The notes: generated by a model from the sequence alone, not told the origin. A DNA stretch of 64,000 bases from Coleofasciculus chthonoplastes F2-STO-03 (GCA_040222015.1 JAVJWO010000005.1:1-64000), one strand, 5' to 3'. Shown: positions 19,946 through 29,216, counted from the first letter of the stretch. Program-made: numbers and translations.

Positions 19946-22510
19946 CTAAGAAGCCCAGAGGACTAAGCCCGGTTCATAGAGACTAGAAAGGTGTTTGTGT
20001 TTGGGAAATACCCGCAGAGACAAACCCTGTAAACCGCTGGCACTGTAACTGATATCAGCCGTATAAATACTGATATTGTGTTCGTCAGTTCCCTGGTAAT
20101 CCATCACGACTGATACACCATTAACAATTTGCCCATTGGCATTGACTGAACCTTGGTAGAGTTCGATTTGTACATCATCAGCAGTTAGTCCCGCTAAGTT
20201 GATACGGCTTTTCACCGCAACCGTTTGATTGACCATCAGATCCTTGGCAGCCGCAATGTCAATGTCTTCAACTTTAATGTTGTACCACTGTTCAAATAAG
20301 TGTTGCTTCCACTGAGCAAGTGCTTTGACCGGTTGATAACCTTCGCTCGTCATTGCCTTGTAGCGTTCGCTGGCTGGGAAATAACCCAGCATCGCATAAT
20401 CTCGCAGCATACGAGCAGTATTAAAGGTAGGACAATTAAGCCGGATTGCATCTTTCATCTTGGCAATCCAGCCACGCGGTAATCCTTCATTATCGCGATT
20501 GTAGAATAGGGGGACAATTTCCTTTTCCATTAGCTCATAAAGGGCATTGGCTTCTATCTCGTCTTCGTACTCAGGATTATCGTATTCTTCCCCATGACCG
20601 ATGGGCCACCCGGTTCGCACGTAATCGGCTTCGTCCCACCATCCATCAAGGATACTGACATTCATCAGACCATTCATAGACCCCTTCATTCCAGAGGTTC
20701 CGGATGCTTCACGGGGGCGACGGGGAGTATTTAACCAGATATCACACCCCGATACCATCAATCGGGCGATGTGAATGTCATAGTTGGGAACAAAAACGAC
20801 AGAATTCTCCAATCCGGCTTCCCGAATTGTATGGATAATGTCGCGGATTAAATCTTTTCCAGGCATGTCTTTGGGGTGAGCTTTACCGGAAATGACAAAC
20901 TGAACTTTTCGTTCTTTATTGCCTTGGATAATTTTCTTGATCCGATCCAGATCCCGCATGAATAAGTTTGCCCGCTTATATGTGGCAAACCGACGGGCAA
21001 AACCGATGGTCAAAATGCTGGGATCTAGAACCTCATGCGCCCGATCAATTTCAGCAGAGGTAGCGCCGCGATCGCGTAAATGGTATTGTAAGCGTTCCCG
21101 TACAGACATAACCATTTGAGAACGACAAGCTTGGTGATTGCGCCACAACTCCTCATCCGGAATCGAAGCCACCCGATCCCACAGGGGATCTTCTGCTTTG
21201 CGGCTTGACCAGTTCGGACCCAAATAGCGGTCATACAGTTCCTGGTTGGCTTTTGCCACCACACTACGAGCATGAACTCCATTGGTAATCGATGTAATGG
21301 GAACTTCATCGAGAGGCAGATCAGACCACAATCCATGGAACATCTTCCGCGACACGTCCCCATGCAATCGGCTGACGCCATTAATAAAACTAGAGGTTTT
21401 AATGGCTAAGGCTGCCATGCTGAAAGGAGATGCCAAATTCCCCGTATCTTCGCGTCCCAACCCCAGAAATTCTTCCCGGGACAAGCCAAAGATATTCGCA
21501 TAATGACCCACATAGTACATTGCCTTATCGGGAGGAAATAGGTCAAATCCCGCTGAGACAGGCGTATGGGTGGTGAATAGTTGGGTAGACTGAGCCAATT
21601 GTTTGGCTTCGGCAAAGCTTAACCCTTCTTCCTCCATATATCGACGGATGCGTTCCAGAATTAAAAACGCGGAGTGACCTTCGTTGAGGTGATAAACGTT
21701 GACCTTGTATCCCAAGGCTTTTAAGGCTCTAATTCCACCAATCCCTAACATCATCTCTTGGTGAATCCGCATATCCAGATCACCCCCATAAAGTCTATCG
21801 GTGATATCTTGGTCGTAGGGATTATTTGGTTCAATGTTGGTATCAAGCAGATACAAGGGAACCGTTCCCACTTGCACACGCCAGACGCGAGCATAAACAG
21901 TACGACCTGGATATTCGACGGCAACCCGCACTTCTGAACCATCAGCATTCCGCTCTAAGTGCAGCGGCATATTGTAAAAGTCATTAATCGGATAGCGCTC
22001 TTGTTGCCAACCATCTGCATTCAGGTATTGGGCGCAGTATCCTTCTTGATAAAGTAAACCGACTGCCACTAAAGGCAAACCAAGGTCAGAGGCAGATTTG
22101 AGATGATCGCCAGCCAGAACTCCCAAGCCACCGGAATATATGGGCAGGCAATCGACTAACCCATATTCGGCACAGAAGTAGGCATAGCATTCCTTTTCAT
22201 CGCTGTTGCCATGATGTTTACGATACCATGTCCGTTCCTTGAGGTAGTCGTCTAACTGTCGAGATGCCCGTTCCATTTGTGCCAGAAACCCATCATCTTC
22301 AGCCACTTCTTCCAGACGGGCTTGGCTAATCATCCCCAACGTCAAAACGGGATTATGGCGAGTGGATTCCCAGAGTTTACGGTCTAGGCGTCGGAACAAG
22401 TCTTTTGTTTCCACATTCCAGTCCCAATGCAGGTTATATGCCAGTTTGCGTAAGGGTTCCAGGGCTTCTGGCAAAGCGGGAGAAACGTTAAAAGTGCGAA
22501 TAGGCTGCAT
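19946..22510 (-). CDS. glgP: Alpha-glucan (glycogen) phosphorylase
   Basis: YSGGLGVLAGDHLKSASD, HLNEGH, FARRFATYKR and PLP site EASGTSGMK. Start is ATG 22510 (MQPIRTF). Confidence 0.97.
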   Translation of the reverse strand: MQPIRTFNVSPALPEALEPLRKLAYNLHWDWNVETKDLFRRLDRKLWESTRHNPVLTLGMISQARLEEVAEDDGFLAQMERASRQLDDYLKERTWYRKHHGNSDEKECYAYFCAEYGLVDCLPIYSGGLGVLAGDHLKSASDLGLPLVAVGLLYQEGYCAQYLNADGWQQERYPINDFYNMPLHLERNADGSEVRVAVEYPGRTVYARVWRVQVGTVPLYLLDTNIEPNNPYDQDITDRLYGGDLDMRIHQEMMLGIGGIRALKALGYKVNVYHLNEGHSAFLILERIRRYMEEEGLSFAEAKQLAQSTQLFTTHTPVSAGFDLFPPDKAMYYVGHYANIFGLSREEFLGLGREDTGNLASPFSMAALAIKTSSFINGVSRLHGDVSRKMFHGLWSDLPLDEVPITSITNGVHARSVVAKANQELYDRYLGPNWSSRKAEDPLWDRVASIPDEELWRNHQACRSQMVMSVRERLQYHLRDRGATSAEIDRAHEVLDPSILTIGFARRFATYKRANLFMRDLDRIKKIIQGNKERKVQFVISGKAHPKDMPGKDLIRDIIHTIREAGLENSVVFVPNYDIHIARLMVSGCDIWLNTPRRPREASGTSGMKGSMNGLMNVSILDGWWDEADYVRTGWPIGHGEEYDNPEYEDEIEANALYELMEKEIVPLFYNRDNEGLPRGWIAKMKDAIRLNCPTFNTARMLRDYAMLGYFPASERYKAMTSEGYQPVKALAQWKQHLFEQWYNIKVEDIDIAAAKDLMVNQTVAVKSRINLAGLTADDVQIELYQGSVNANGQIVNGVSVVMDYQGTDEHNISIYTADISYSASGLQGLSLRVFPKHKHLSSLYEPGLVLWAS

Positions 22511-22619
22511 AAAGCGACAAAATTCCAAGTCTTACACGGATAACATTGTGTACATACTTTTACACAAAGGATGAGACTTTTAATACTGTTTTTGTAACAG
22601 ACTTGGGTTTATCGATGTT

Positions 22620-22745
22620 AGTTTAACGCTAAAGTGCCATCGGCAACGGGTTGAGACGCATCCATTGCTTCAAGGTCTATTTACGCTCAAAAGCCTATAG
22701 AGACGTGCCTTGGCGCGTCTTGGAACTCGCCGTTGAGGAAAAAAG
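22620..22745. repeat. 126-bp direct repeat, copy 1 (left island boundary)
   Basis: Identical to 28677-28802 except one base (GTGCCTTGGCG vs GTGCCTTTGCG). Confidence 0.95.
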
Positions 22746-22838
22746 CGAGGAACTCCCCCACCCGAAGGTGTGCATCAGGATCAAAGTTCATTTATTATAT
22801 TAAAATCGATAAACTTTGAAGAAAGGTAAATCAGAACA

Positions 22839-23342
22839 ATGTATGAAGTCTATGGACCAGCACCCTGGATCAAGACTGATCGTTACGGGATAACCAAGAC
22901 GCTTCCACCTGAGACATCTGTAATTTGGTACAAAGCCTTGCTGCTGTGTGCCAACGGCGATGGAGAACTGACACAAGCAGAGCGGGATTGGGTAATCGGT
23001 CACGCCACAACTTATCATCCTGAGATGAATGAAAGTCAAATTGATGAACTAATGAACTATAACGGCACCGGTTCGACTGATGACATTGAAAAACTTGTGT
23101 TCAGTGATCCACTCGCCAAAAAGGGACGTTATGTCCTCGTTTATGAAGCGATCCAAGCTTCGGCGGCTGATGGCGAATACAGCGAGGGCGAAAAAGCCAC
23201 CATTCGTAAGATGGCTGGTAGGCTGGGAATTTCTGAAGCCAAGGTGACAGAACTAGAGAACCTCTATGCAGAGGAGACGGCATTGAGGGAGAAGCGTATC
23301 AAAATCTGGCATCCTGAGGGTATACCTGGTGAGGATATGTAG
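22839..23342 (+). CDS. TerB-like (tellurite-resistance fold) protein
   Basis: Two TerB-type half motifs, ANGDGELTQAERDWV and SAADGEYSEGEKATIRKMAGRLGIS. Confidence 0.75.
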   Translation: MYEVYGPAPWIKTDRYGITKTLPPETSVIWYKALLLCANGDGELTQAERDWVIGHATTYHPEMNESQIDELMNYNGTGSTDDIEKLVFSDPLAKKGRYVLVYEAIQASAADGEYSEGEKATIRKMAGRLGISEAKVTELENLYAEETALREKRIKIWHPEGIPGEDM

Positions 23343-23346
23343 CACT

Positions 23347-24354
23347 CTATCTACGAAGGGCAACGACTGCATCAATTGACGGCAGTCGCTGAGTTTCAAG
23401 CAGCTCAAAGCCTGCCCGAGTGAGTAGGGATGCAAACTCAGCCAGGGTACGCTCTCCTGGTCCCCCACTCCCCCCCGGAGCGCCATGAACCAGTAGCATC
23501 TGTAGATTCTTAATCCCGATATAAGGGTTGTTAGTGAGGTGATCCTCAATCAACTCAAAAATATAAAGCTTGTTCCCAGAGCCCATAGAGTTGCTCACAT
23601 GGTTGAGAATGTTATGGGCTTGCTCGTCTGAATAGGAGTGTAAAATGCGCTTGATCATGGCATCACCCGGAATATTGGGCAGTACCCTATGGATGTCAAC
23701 GCCGACAGTCTTTAGTCGTGGAATCGGTTCGATCCGGTTGACGACATCTGGAAAATCGAAAAGCTGCCCCTGCACATCTTGATACTGACGCAGTACTCCA
23801 GCAATGAGCATCCCATTCCCACCGGCAATTTCGGTAAGATGCTCTGATGCCGAAAAGTCGAAGCCCTGTAAAATATCCCGCACTTCGATCCGTGACATGG
23901 ATTCCATGCCTTTGTCAAAAGCTGCTGCGAGTTCTTGGTGTTCTCTTAAATAATCATAAAAAAGGCGATCGCGTCCAAGTTGGTAAATACTTTTGCCAGT
24001 ACGCAGCAACTGCTCCCAGAGATCTCGCCTTTGCTGGTGTTGGGCGGATTGAGCCAATTGACAGAATTCCTGCCATGATCTGAGGGAAAATTCCGATTCT
24101 AGGGTCAAGTGTCGCGAGACATCCGTCAGTGAAACGGTGAAATCTGACTCCATCACAAATAAGCCAAAATGGGCAAGTCCACGCAAGCAGCGATAGAGTG
24201 CCCGCTGATGTGTTCCTGTCCGCTTTACTAACTCGGATAAGGGCAAAGGATCTGCAGCAAGATAGTCAAACACCCCAAGCCCAATACAGGCTTCCGTGAA
24301 ATGTGAGACGATCCGATAGTCCAATATGCAAAACATCTGTTGATAGGGAATCAT
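23347..24354 (-). CDS. SAM-dependent O-methyltransferase family (dimerisation domain plus Rossmann fold)
   Basis: N-terminal LGVFDYLA..ELVKRTG..LYRCLRGLA, motif I EIAGGNG, LFDFPDVV, KRILHSYSD and GERTLAEF. Confidence 0.85.
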   Translation of the reverse strand: MIPYQQMFCILDYRIVSHFTEACIGLGVFDYLAADPLPLSELVKRTGTHQRALYRCLRGLAHFGLFVMESDFTVSLTDVSRHLTLESEFSLRSWQEFCQLAQSAQHQQRRDLWEQLLRTGKSIYQLGRDRLFYDYLREHQELAAAFDKGMESMSRIEVRDILQGFDFSASEHLTEIAGGNGMLIAGVLRQYQDVQGQLFDFPDVVNRIEPIPRLKTVGVDIHRVLPNIPGDAMIKRILHSYSDEQAHNILNHVSNSMGSGNKLYIFELIEDHLTNNPYIGIKNLQMLLVHGAPGGSGGPGERTLAEFASLLTRAGFELLETQRLPSIDAVVALRR

Positions 24355-24433
24355 ACGCTATAGTACCCTCTTTATAATCCTTCGGTACATTTTTATCTCC
24401 TGCTCCGGAGTTCCCTGCTCCCCCGCTAGTCAC

Positions 24434-25126
24434 TTATTTAGGTAATTGAGACAGACACAGATTTTGTACAGCCAAGAAATGCCCGATCGCATCTTCATAG
24501 GATGTGGCAAAGGACTCGTTGAGCAACCTGCGTGTGTTCTGTAAGACTTCAGGATTGATTGGCATCAATGCCTGCTGAGATTCTTGAATTGCCTTTTCCA
24601 ATGTCGTTGTTTCGCATTGGCGATCGAGAATCCCCAATACAGTTGCTTCTGAAGCAGACAACTGTACACCGGTAAAGAGCAAGCGACGCGCAGCACCTAT
24701 TCCTGTATATTTTGCCAGTCGGAATATACTCATTCCAGGCAGGTAACCTTCTTTGACTTCCGGCGCGTGGAATATTGAGCGGTTTGTTGCCACACGATAA
24801 TCGCAGGCAAGAGCCAATTGAAAATGAAAACGGGTACAAAATCCATCAATACAGGCAATAGAAGCTCCTGCAAAACTTTCCACGCGCCGTAGGAATTTTT
24901 CCCACTTGCTGCAATGGTCAATATTGGGAGGAGCTAGTTTAGTGGTTTGTTGCTGGGTACTTAGCCCCTGAAATACGATCAGCGTACAAGGGCTTTCATC
25001 TTCCAAATAATCCATCAACTCGATTAAATCCGACAGCAACATCTGATTCAGACTGCTCGAATCCGACCATTGTAAATGCACATTGGCGATGGTATCCTCT
25101 TCGGTCAAGTTTATATATTGCTTCAT
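24434..25126 (-). CDS. dpgB: DpgB-like enoyl-CoA hydratase/isomerase
   Basis: Crotonase fold. SKWEKFLRRVE resembles the DpgB (S/N)KWERALRRLE motif; also QLALACDYRVA and LPGMSIFRL. Adjacent to dpgA. Start at 25126 (alternative 25150). Confidence 0.75.
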   Translation of the reverse strand: MKQYINLTEEDTIANVHLQWSDSSSLNQMLLSDLIELMDYLEDESPCTLIVFQGLSTQQQTTKLAPPNIDHCSKWEKFLRRVESFAGASIACIDGFCTRFHFQLALACDYRVATNRSIFHAPEVKEGYLPGMSIFRLAKYTGIGAARRLLFTGVQLSASEATVLGILDRQCETTTLEKAIQESQQALMPINPEVLQNTRRLLNESFATSYEDAIGHFLAVQNLCLSQLPK

Positions 25127-25128
25127 TC

Positions 25129-26202
25129 TCAAAATTCCCCTAAGCAGCATTCAATGGTGGAGCCTGGTCCCATCGTTATCATGACAACAGAATCTCCACT
25201 TCGGGCTACACCCTCCTCCAATAGTTTTTCATGGGAGAACAGAAAAGACGCAGAAGATAAGTTACCATAATTTCGTAAAATATCCGTCGTATGGCGCACA
25301 TCATGTTCGGTAATATTTAAGGAATATTTAATCGAATCAATAACTTTGCGTCCACCGGAATGAATAATCCAGTGCTGAATATTGCGGCGTTTGCGGTCAA
25401 AACGCTGTAATAAATTATCCACAGGTGTCCTAACCTGCCAACCTAGCAGGTACGGAATTTGTTTATCCAGGTATAGAGAATATTTGCCCTCCTGAAAATC
25501 AAGTCGGATGGCGTCAATGGCGTCTGGGATAATGTGGGAACTGAAGCCAAGAATCTTGGGACCGATGGGTACTACAGGAAAGGGTTTTGCACAAATCACA
25601 GCGGCGGCGGCGCCATCCCCGAACAGGGAATTAACCACTGCAGTATTGATAGTCTCATCAATAACGTACATGGCAGAGCACACTTCCACACAAAGTAACA
25701 GACCGATTGCCTCCGGGTGGATGGCACAAAAATTAACCACTGGTTGTAAGCCGTTTAATCCCCCGTTACACCCCATGCCCACAATATCAATACGGTGAAT
25801 ATCTGAACGCATATCCAAGGCTTTGATATAGAGTGCCGTGAGGCTCGGACACAGTAGACCGGTGGTGGATACTACTGCGATGTAGTCAATATCTTGAGGG
25901 ATAAGTGCAACCTTTTTCAACACCTTTTTTATGGCGGACAATCCAATATCCAGAGCGATGCGCTGGTGTTTGTCCAGTAACTCCCCAGGACTTTCGTTGG
26001 GTATACTGCCATCCGGCTCAGGCTTGGGCAGGCAAAGATGTCGGGATTTAATATGGGAATTACTGAAGATTTTGTTGATTTTTTTATCTGTTATCCCAAA
26101 AAACTCAAGCACTTCCGATTGCGTATATTTTGGCGATGGTGTTTCTGTCGCGATCGCAATTAGCCTTGGACAAATTGAAGCGGTTGGCATAATTTGCTCC
26201 AT
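25129..26202 (-). CDS. dpgA: Type III PKS, DpgA-like (3,5-dihydroxyphenylacetyl-CoA synthase)
   Basis: Cys-His-Asn triad (DIVGMGCNG, IHSGGRKVID, YGNLSS). DpgA-like strings GELLDKH, TAVVNSLFGDG, HDVRHTT, SFLFS and TMGPGSTIE. Confidence 0.9.
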   Translation of the reverse strand: MEQIMPTASICPRLIAIATETPSPKYTQSEVLEFFGITDKKINKIFSNSHIKSRHLCLPKPEPDGSIPNESPGELLDKHQRIALDIGLSAIKKVLKKVALIPQDIDYIAVVSTTGLLCPSLTALYIKALDMRSDIHRIDIVGMGCNGGLNGLQPVVNFCAIHPEAIGLLLCVEVCSAMYVIDETINTAVVNSLFGDGAAAAVICAKPFPVVPIGPKILGFSSHIIPDAIDAIRLDFQEGKYSLYLDKQIPYLLGWQVRTPVDNLLQRFDRKRRNIQHWIIHSGGRKVIDSIKYSLNITEHDVRHTTDILRNYGNLSSASFLFSHEKLLEEGVARSGDSVVMITMGPGSTIECCLGEF

Positions 26203-26934
26203 TTACTCTGCTTGGGTTTGGCTCTGATAGAGTAGCGCTTGGGAAACCGCTTCTATACTGGCATCTCCCAGGCTAGTATTAACCGATTGCAGAGCCATTT
26301 TTGCCAGACGGATAGCCAGGGGATTGCGTCGCGCGGCAGCTTCGGCAAGGTGAATCGCATCTTCGAGAACATGATCGCTGATTTGAGACACCAGTCCCCA
26401 TTCCAAAGCTGTTGCGCTATCCACTTTCTGTCCGAAGAGAATCATTGCCTTTGCTCTAGCTTCGTTAACAATTTTTGTCAGGCGACGAATCCCTCCGGCT
26501 GCGGGAATCAACCCCAAATCGATTTCAGGGAGTGAAAACCAACTTGAGGCACTACAGATACGGAAATCACAAGCGAGAGCCAGTTCCAAACCACCTGCAA
26601 TTGCCGGTCCTTGAATCGCAGCCACCGTGGGCCATGGCGTATTCGCCCAGTTATCAAAAAGCTGTCGGCTCAGTAAATTCAACCCATCATTATAAGATTT
26701 ATTCGCCAAACTAGATATATCCGCACCACTGCAAAATACTTTCTCCCCTGCACCCGTGACTACCCCCGCACGAATTGACGGATTAGTCACAGCTGCTGCC
26801 AAATGTTCTGCGAACTGGTGGAGCATGGCATTATGGTAAGCATTAGATTTCTCTGGGCGATCGAGGATAAAGAGTGCAATGTTGTTTGATTCCCCAACCT
26901 GCTTCATTTGTACAGTACCCGAAAGTTTTGCCAT
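26203..26934 (-). CDS. Enoyl-CoA hydratase/isomerase (DpgD-like role inferred)
   Basis: LDRPEKSNA, FCSGAD, AIAGGLELALACD and LPEIDLGLIPAAGG with both catalytic Glu residues. Its stop abuts the dpgA start (TAAATG). Confidence 0.85.
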   Translation of the reverse strand: MAKLSGTVQMKQVGESNNIALFILDRPEKSNAYHNAMLHQFAEHLAAAVTNPSIRAGVVTGAGEKVFCSGADISSLANKSYNDGLNLLSRQLFDNWANTPWPTVAAIQGPAIAGGLELALACDFRICSASSWFSLPEIDLGLIPAAGGIRRLTKIVNEARAKAMILFGQKVDSATALEWGLVSQISDHVLEDAIHLAEAAARRNPLAIRLAKMALQSVNTSLGDASIEAVSQALLYQSQTQAE

Positions 26935-26985
26935 TTTCTTGAGTATTTTTTTGGCTTGTCTAATCCGAACCTAAAATCTTTAAAT

Positions 26986-28413
26986 TTATGAAGATAATAA
27001 TTGAGCAACGGCTGCTTCCATATCCCCCATTGATATTTCCGGGTCAGTAGGATAAGCTGCACGAGACCACTGCACCAAATATTGGGGACCTACATTGTCA
27101 TCTACCGAGCTACCGCCAAAGAAACCTGTGCCGATTACTGGTCCGGGAGTCAGATTGGTAGAGACACCGCTGGAGCCTTTGACCCCCTGGGTATTCACCG
27201 CAATTCGGCAGACTGGTAATGCCGCAGTATAACGGGCTACAACTACAGGGTCATTACTGTGAATCACGGCGGAGTGCCCTTTGCCAATCAGTTCAAGCAT
27301 TGCTAAAGCCGTGTCAATTGCCGCTTGTACCCCGTCAACTGTAATATATCCAATCACTGGAAACAATTTCTCTTGGCTGAGGGGTTCATCTGCACCCACG
27401 GCGTCAAGGGTAACCACCAGGCTTTTGGTATCCTCTGGTACAGAAAAACCTGCCTGCTGTGCAATCCAGAGCGCATTTTTTCCCTGAGCGGCAGGATTGA
27501 CTCCAGCGTTAGAGAAAAGATAAGCACGCAATTTTTGCTCGGCTTCTCCTGTGACAAAATATCCGCCCGATCTACCCATAGCCGCTTTGAGCTGAGGATT
27601 AATGGAATGATCGGCAAGTACCACGGATTCACAGACGCAAGGCAGTCCATTATCGAAACTGTTGCTGGCGATAATTTGTTGTGCGGCAACAGTAATGTCA
27701 GCTGACTGATGCACGAAACAGGGCACATTACCCGGTCCCATACCGATGGCGGGATTACCGGAACGGTAAGCTGCACGCACTCGGTTTGGACCACCGGTTG
27801 CCAGAATTAGGCTAACACGGGGCGATTCCATCAAACAGTTCAGGGCGAGGATACTGGGGTTATGGATGGTTTGAATCGCACCTGCGGGTGCACCAGCTTT
27901 CTCAGCCACTTCCGCCATTAAATGAATGGCGTGTATCGAGCATTCTTTAGCCGCAGGGTGAGGGGAAAAAATAACGGTATTACGAGTCATCATGCTGACT
28001 ATCGCCTTATAATACACTGTCATCACTGGATTGGTGCTGGGTATTAGAGCAGCGATAATGCCTGCGGGCTTGGGAAAGCTAATAATTTTCTGCTCATAAT
28101 CAATAACGGGATCTATAAAATCAGCAGCTTGGTATCTTTCTAGTAGACCAATTGAACAGTCAAGATTTTTTTTCACATTATCATTAACGTTACCGTAGCC
28201 AGTATCACGTACTAACCATTCAGCATAGAATTCAGCCTTCTCCTTTCCTGCATGACTCATCGCCTGAATAATTTTTTGTATCTGTGCTGTGGTATGAGTA
28301 CTAAAAATACGTGCAGCCCTTTGAGCTCTATCGATTAGCCAATCGACTTCCTGTTGAATTTGATTCGATTCTGCCTGATGACTAATAGTATTCACTGCTT
28401 TTACCTTGATCAA
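26986..28413 (-). CDS. CoA-acylating aldehyde dehydrogenase / acyl-CoA reductase (like the AdhE N-terminal domain, EutE or PduP)
   Basis: PAGIIAALIPSTNP, FSPHPAA, ILATGG, GMGPGNVP, SFDNGLPC (catalytic Cys), EKLFPV and GHSAVIHS. The start codon is uncertain. Confidence 0.9.
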   Translation of the reverse strand: MIKVKAVNTISHQAESNQIQQEVDWLIDRAQRAARIFSTHTTAQIQKIIQAMSHAGKEKAEFYAEWLVRDTGYGNVNDNVKKNLDCSIGLLERYQAADFIDPVIDYEQKIISFPKPAGIIAALIPSTNPVMTVYYKAIVSMMTRNTVIFSPHPAAKECSIHAIHLMAEVAEKAGAPAGAIQTIHNPSILALNCLMESPRVSLILATGGPNRVRAAYRSGNPAIGMGPGNVPCFVHQSADITVAAQQIIASNSFDNGLPCVCESVVLADHSINPQLKAAMGRSGGYFVTGEAEQKLRAYLFSNAGVNPAAQGKNALWIAQQAGFSVPEDTKSLVVTLDAVGADEPLSQEKLFPVIGYITVDGVQAAIDTALAMLELIGKGHSAVIHSNDPVVVARYTAALPVCRIAVNTQGVKGSSGVSTNLTPGPVIGTGFFGGSSVDDNVGPQYLVQWSRAAYPTDPEISMGDMEAAVAQLLSS

Positions 28414-28443
28414 AGCTTAGGGAAACTGGAGGACAAAATCATC

Positions 28444-28482
28444 CCAGTTGTAGAGAAAGTCATGGAAAGTCTCTACAACTGG
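28444..28482. terminator. REP-like hairpin between the glgP remnant and the first island gene
   Basis: CCAGTTGTAGAGA...TCTCTACAACTGG, a 13-bp stem. Confidence 0.6.
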
Positions 28483-28491
28483 ATCGACGAT

Positions 28492-28525
28492 TTAGGAAGC
28501 CCAAAGGACTAAGCTCGGTTCATAG
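28492..28525 (-). pseudogene. Remnant of a glgP 3' end (YEPSLVLWAS*)
   Basis: 30/34 identity to 19946-19979 (YEPGLVLWAS*). Confidence 0.9.
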
Positions 28526-28676
28526 CCAGCATTTCTCACAAGTTTTGCCATCTGAGACGTCAAAACCTTTGCCTGGAGAATGTTTTGAGCATTTTTGACC
28601 TAGCCGGAATTTTGACAGAGTGTTGAAAGCCTTATTGTACAGTTAATCCAGGTTGTATGGAACCTTTGGGCAATTG

Positions 28677-28802
28677 AGTTTAACGCTAAAGTGCCATCGG
28701 CAACGGGTTGAGACGCATCCATTGCTTCAAGGTCTATTTACGCTCAAAAGCCTATAGAGACGTGCCTTTGCGCGTCTTGGAACTCGCCGTTGAGGAAAAA
28801 AG
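28677..28802. repeat. 126-bp direct repeat, copy 2 (right island boundary)
   Basis: 125/126 identical to 22620-22745. Confidence 0.95.
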
Positions 28803-28979
28803 TCGGATATCTATAGATGACCTAGGCTCAAACCCTGTTGGGTATTGTACCTTCATCCTGAGCGTGAGTAGACTTTGCCTATCAACATGGAGACCAGCAT
28901 TGGGTATGATTAGAAAAGTTGTTGCAAAACGCAACACAATCGCCAATTCGATGATTCATACCTCTGGGAGATATTCAAG

Positions 28980-29096
28980 ATGCTGACACTCAAGATTGTG
29001 GTCTATATCGTTGTTAGTATTTTCGTTGCCTTATTCGTGTTTGGCTTCCTGTCAAACGATCCGGCTCGTAACCCCAAGCGACGGGATTTGGAGTAA
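28980..29096 (+). CDS. psbI: Photosystem II reaction centre protein I
   Basis: Translated by hand (below the ORF-track cutoff): [38 protein letters not shown], with a GGGAG RBS. Confidence 0.97.
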   Translation: MLTLKIVVYIVVSIFVALFVFGFLSNDPARNPKRRDLE

Positions 29097-29216
29097 ATTA
29101 TACTTTGCTTCATCCCTGAGTTTTTCAAAGGGGCGAGGCGTATCTCGCCCCGCTGTGATTAGGCGCGGTAAGGCGGTACGCTTCGGATTTGTTCCTTCGA
29201 CCGTTATTGTTGAAAA

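Noticed and set aside
22839..23342. Tellurite-resistance operon
   Set aside because: A single TerB-like gene with no terC/terD/terZ partners.
24434..26934. Glycopeptide / dihydroxyphenylglycine biosynthesis
   Set aside because: No DpgC, aminotransferase or NRPS in the window, although copies elsewhere in the genome cannot be excluded.
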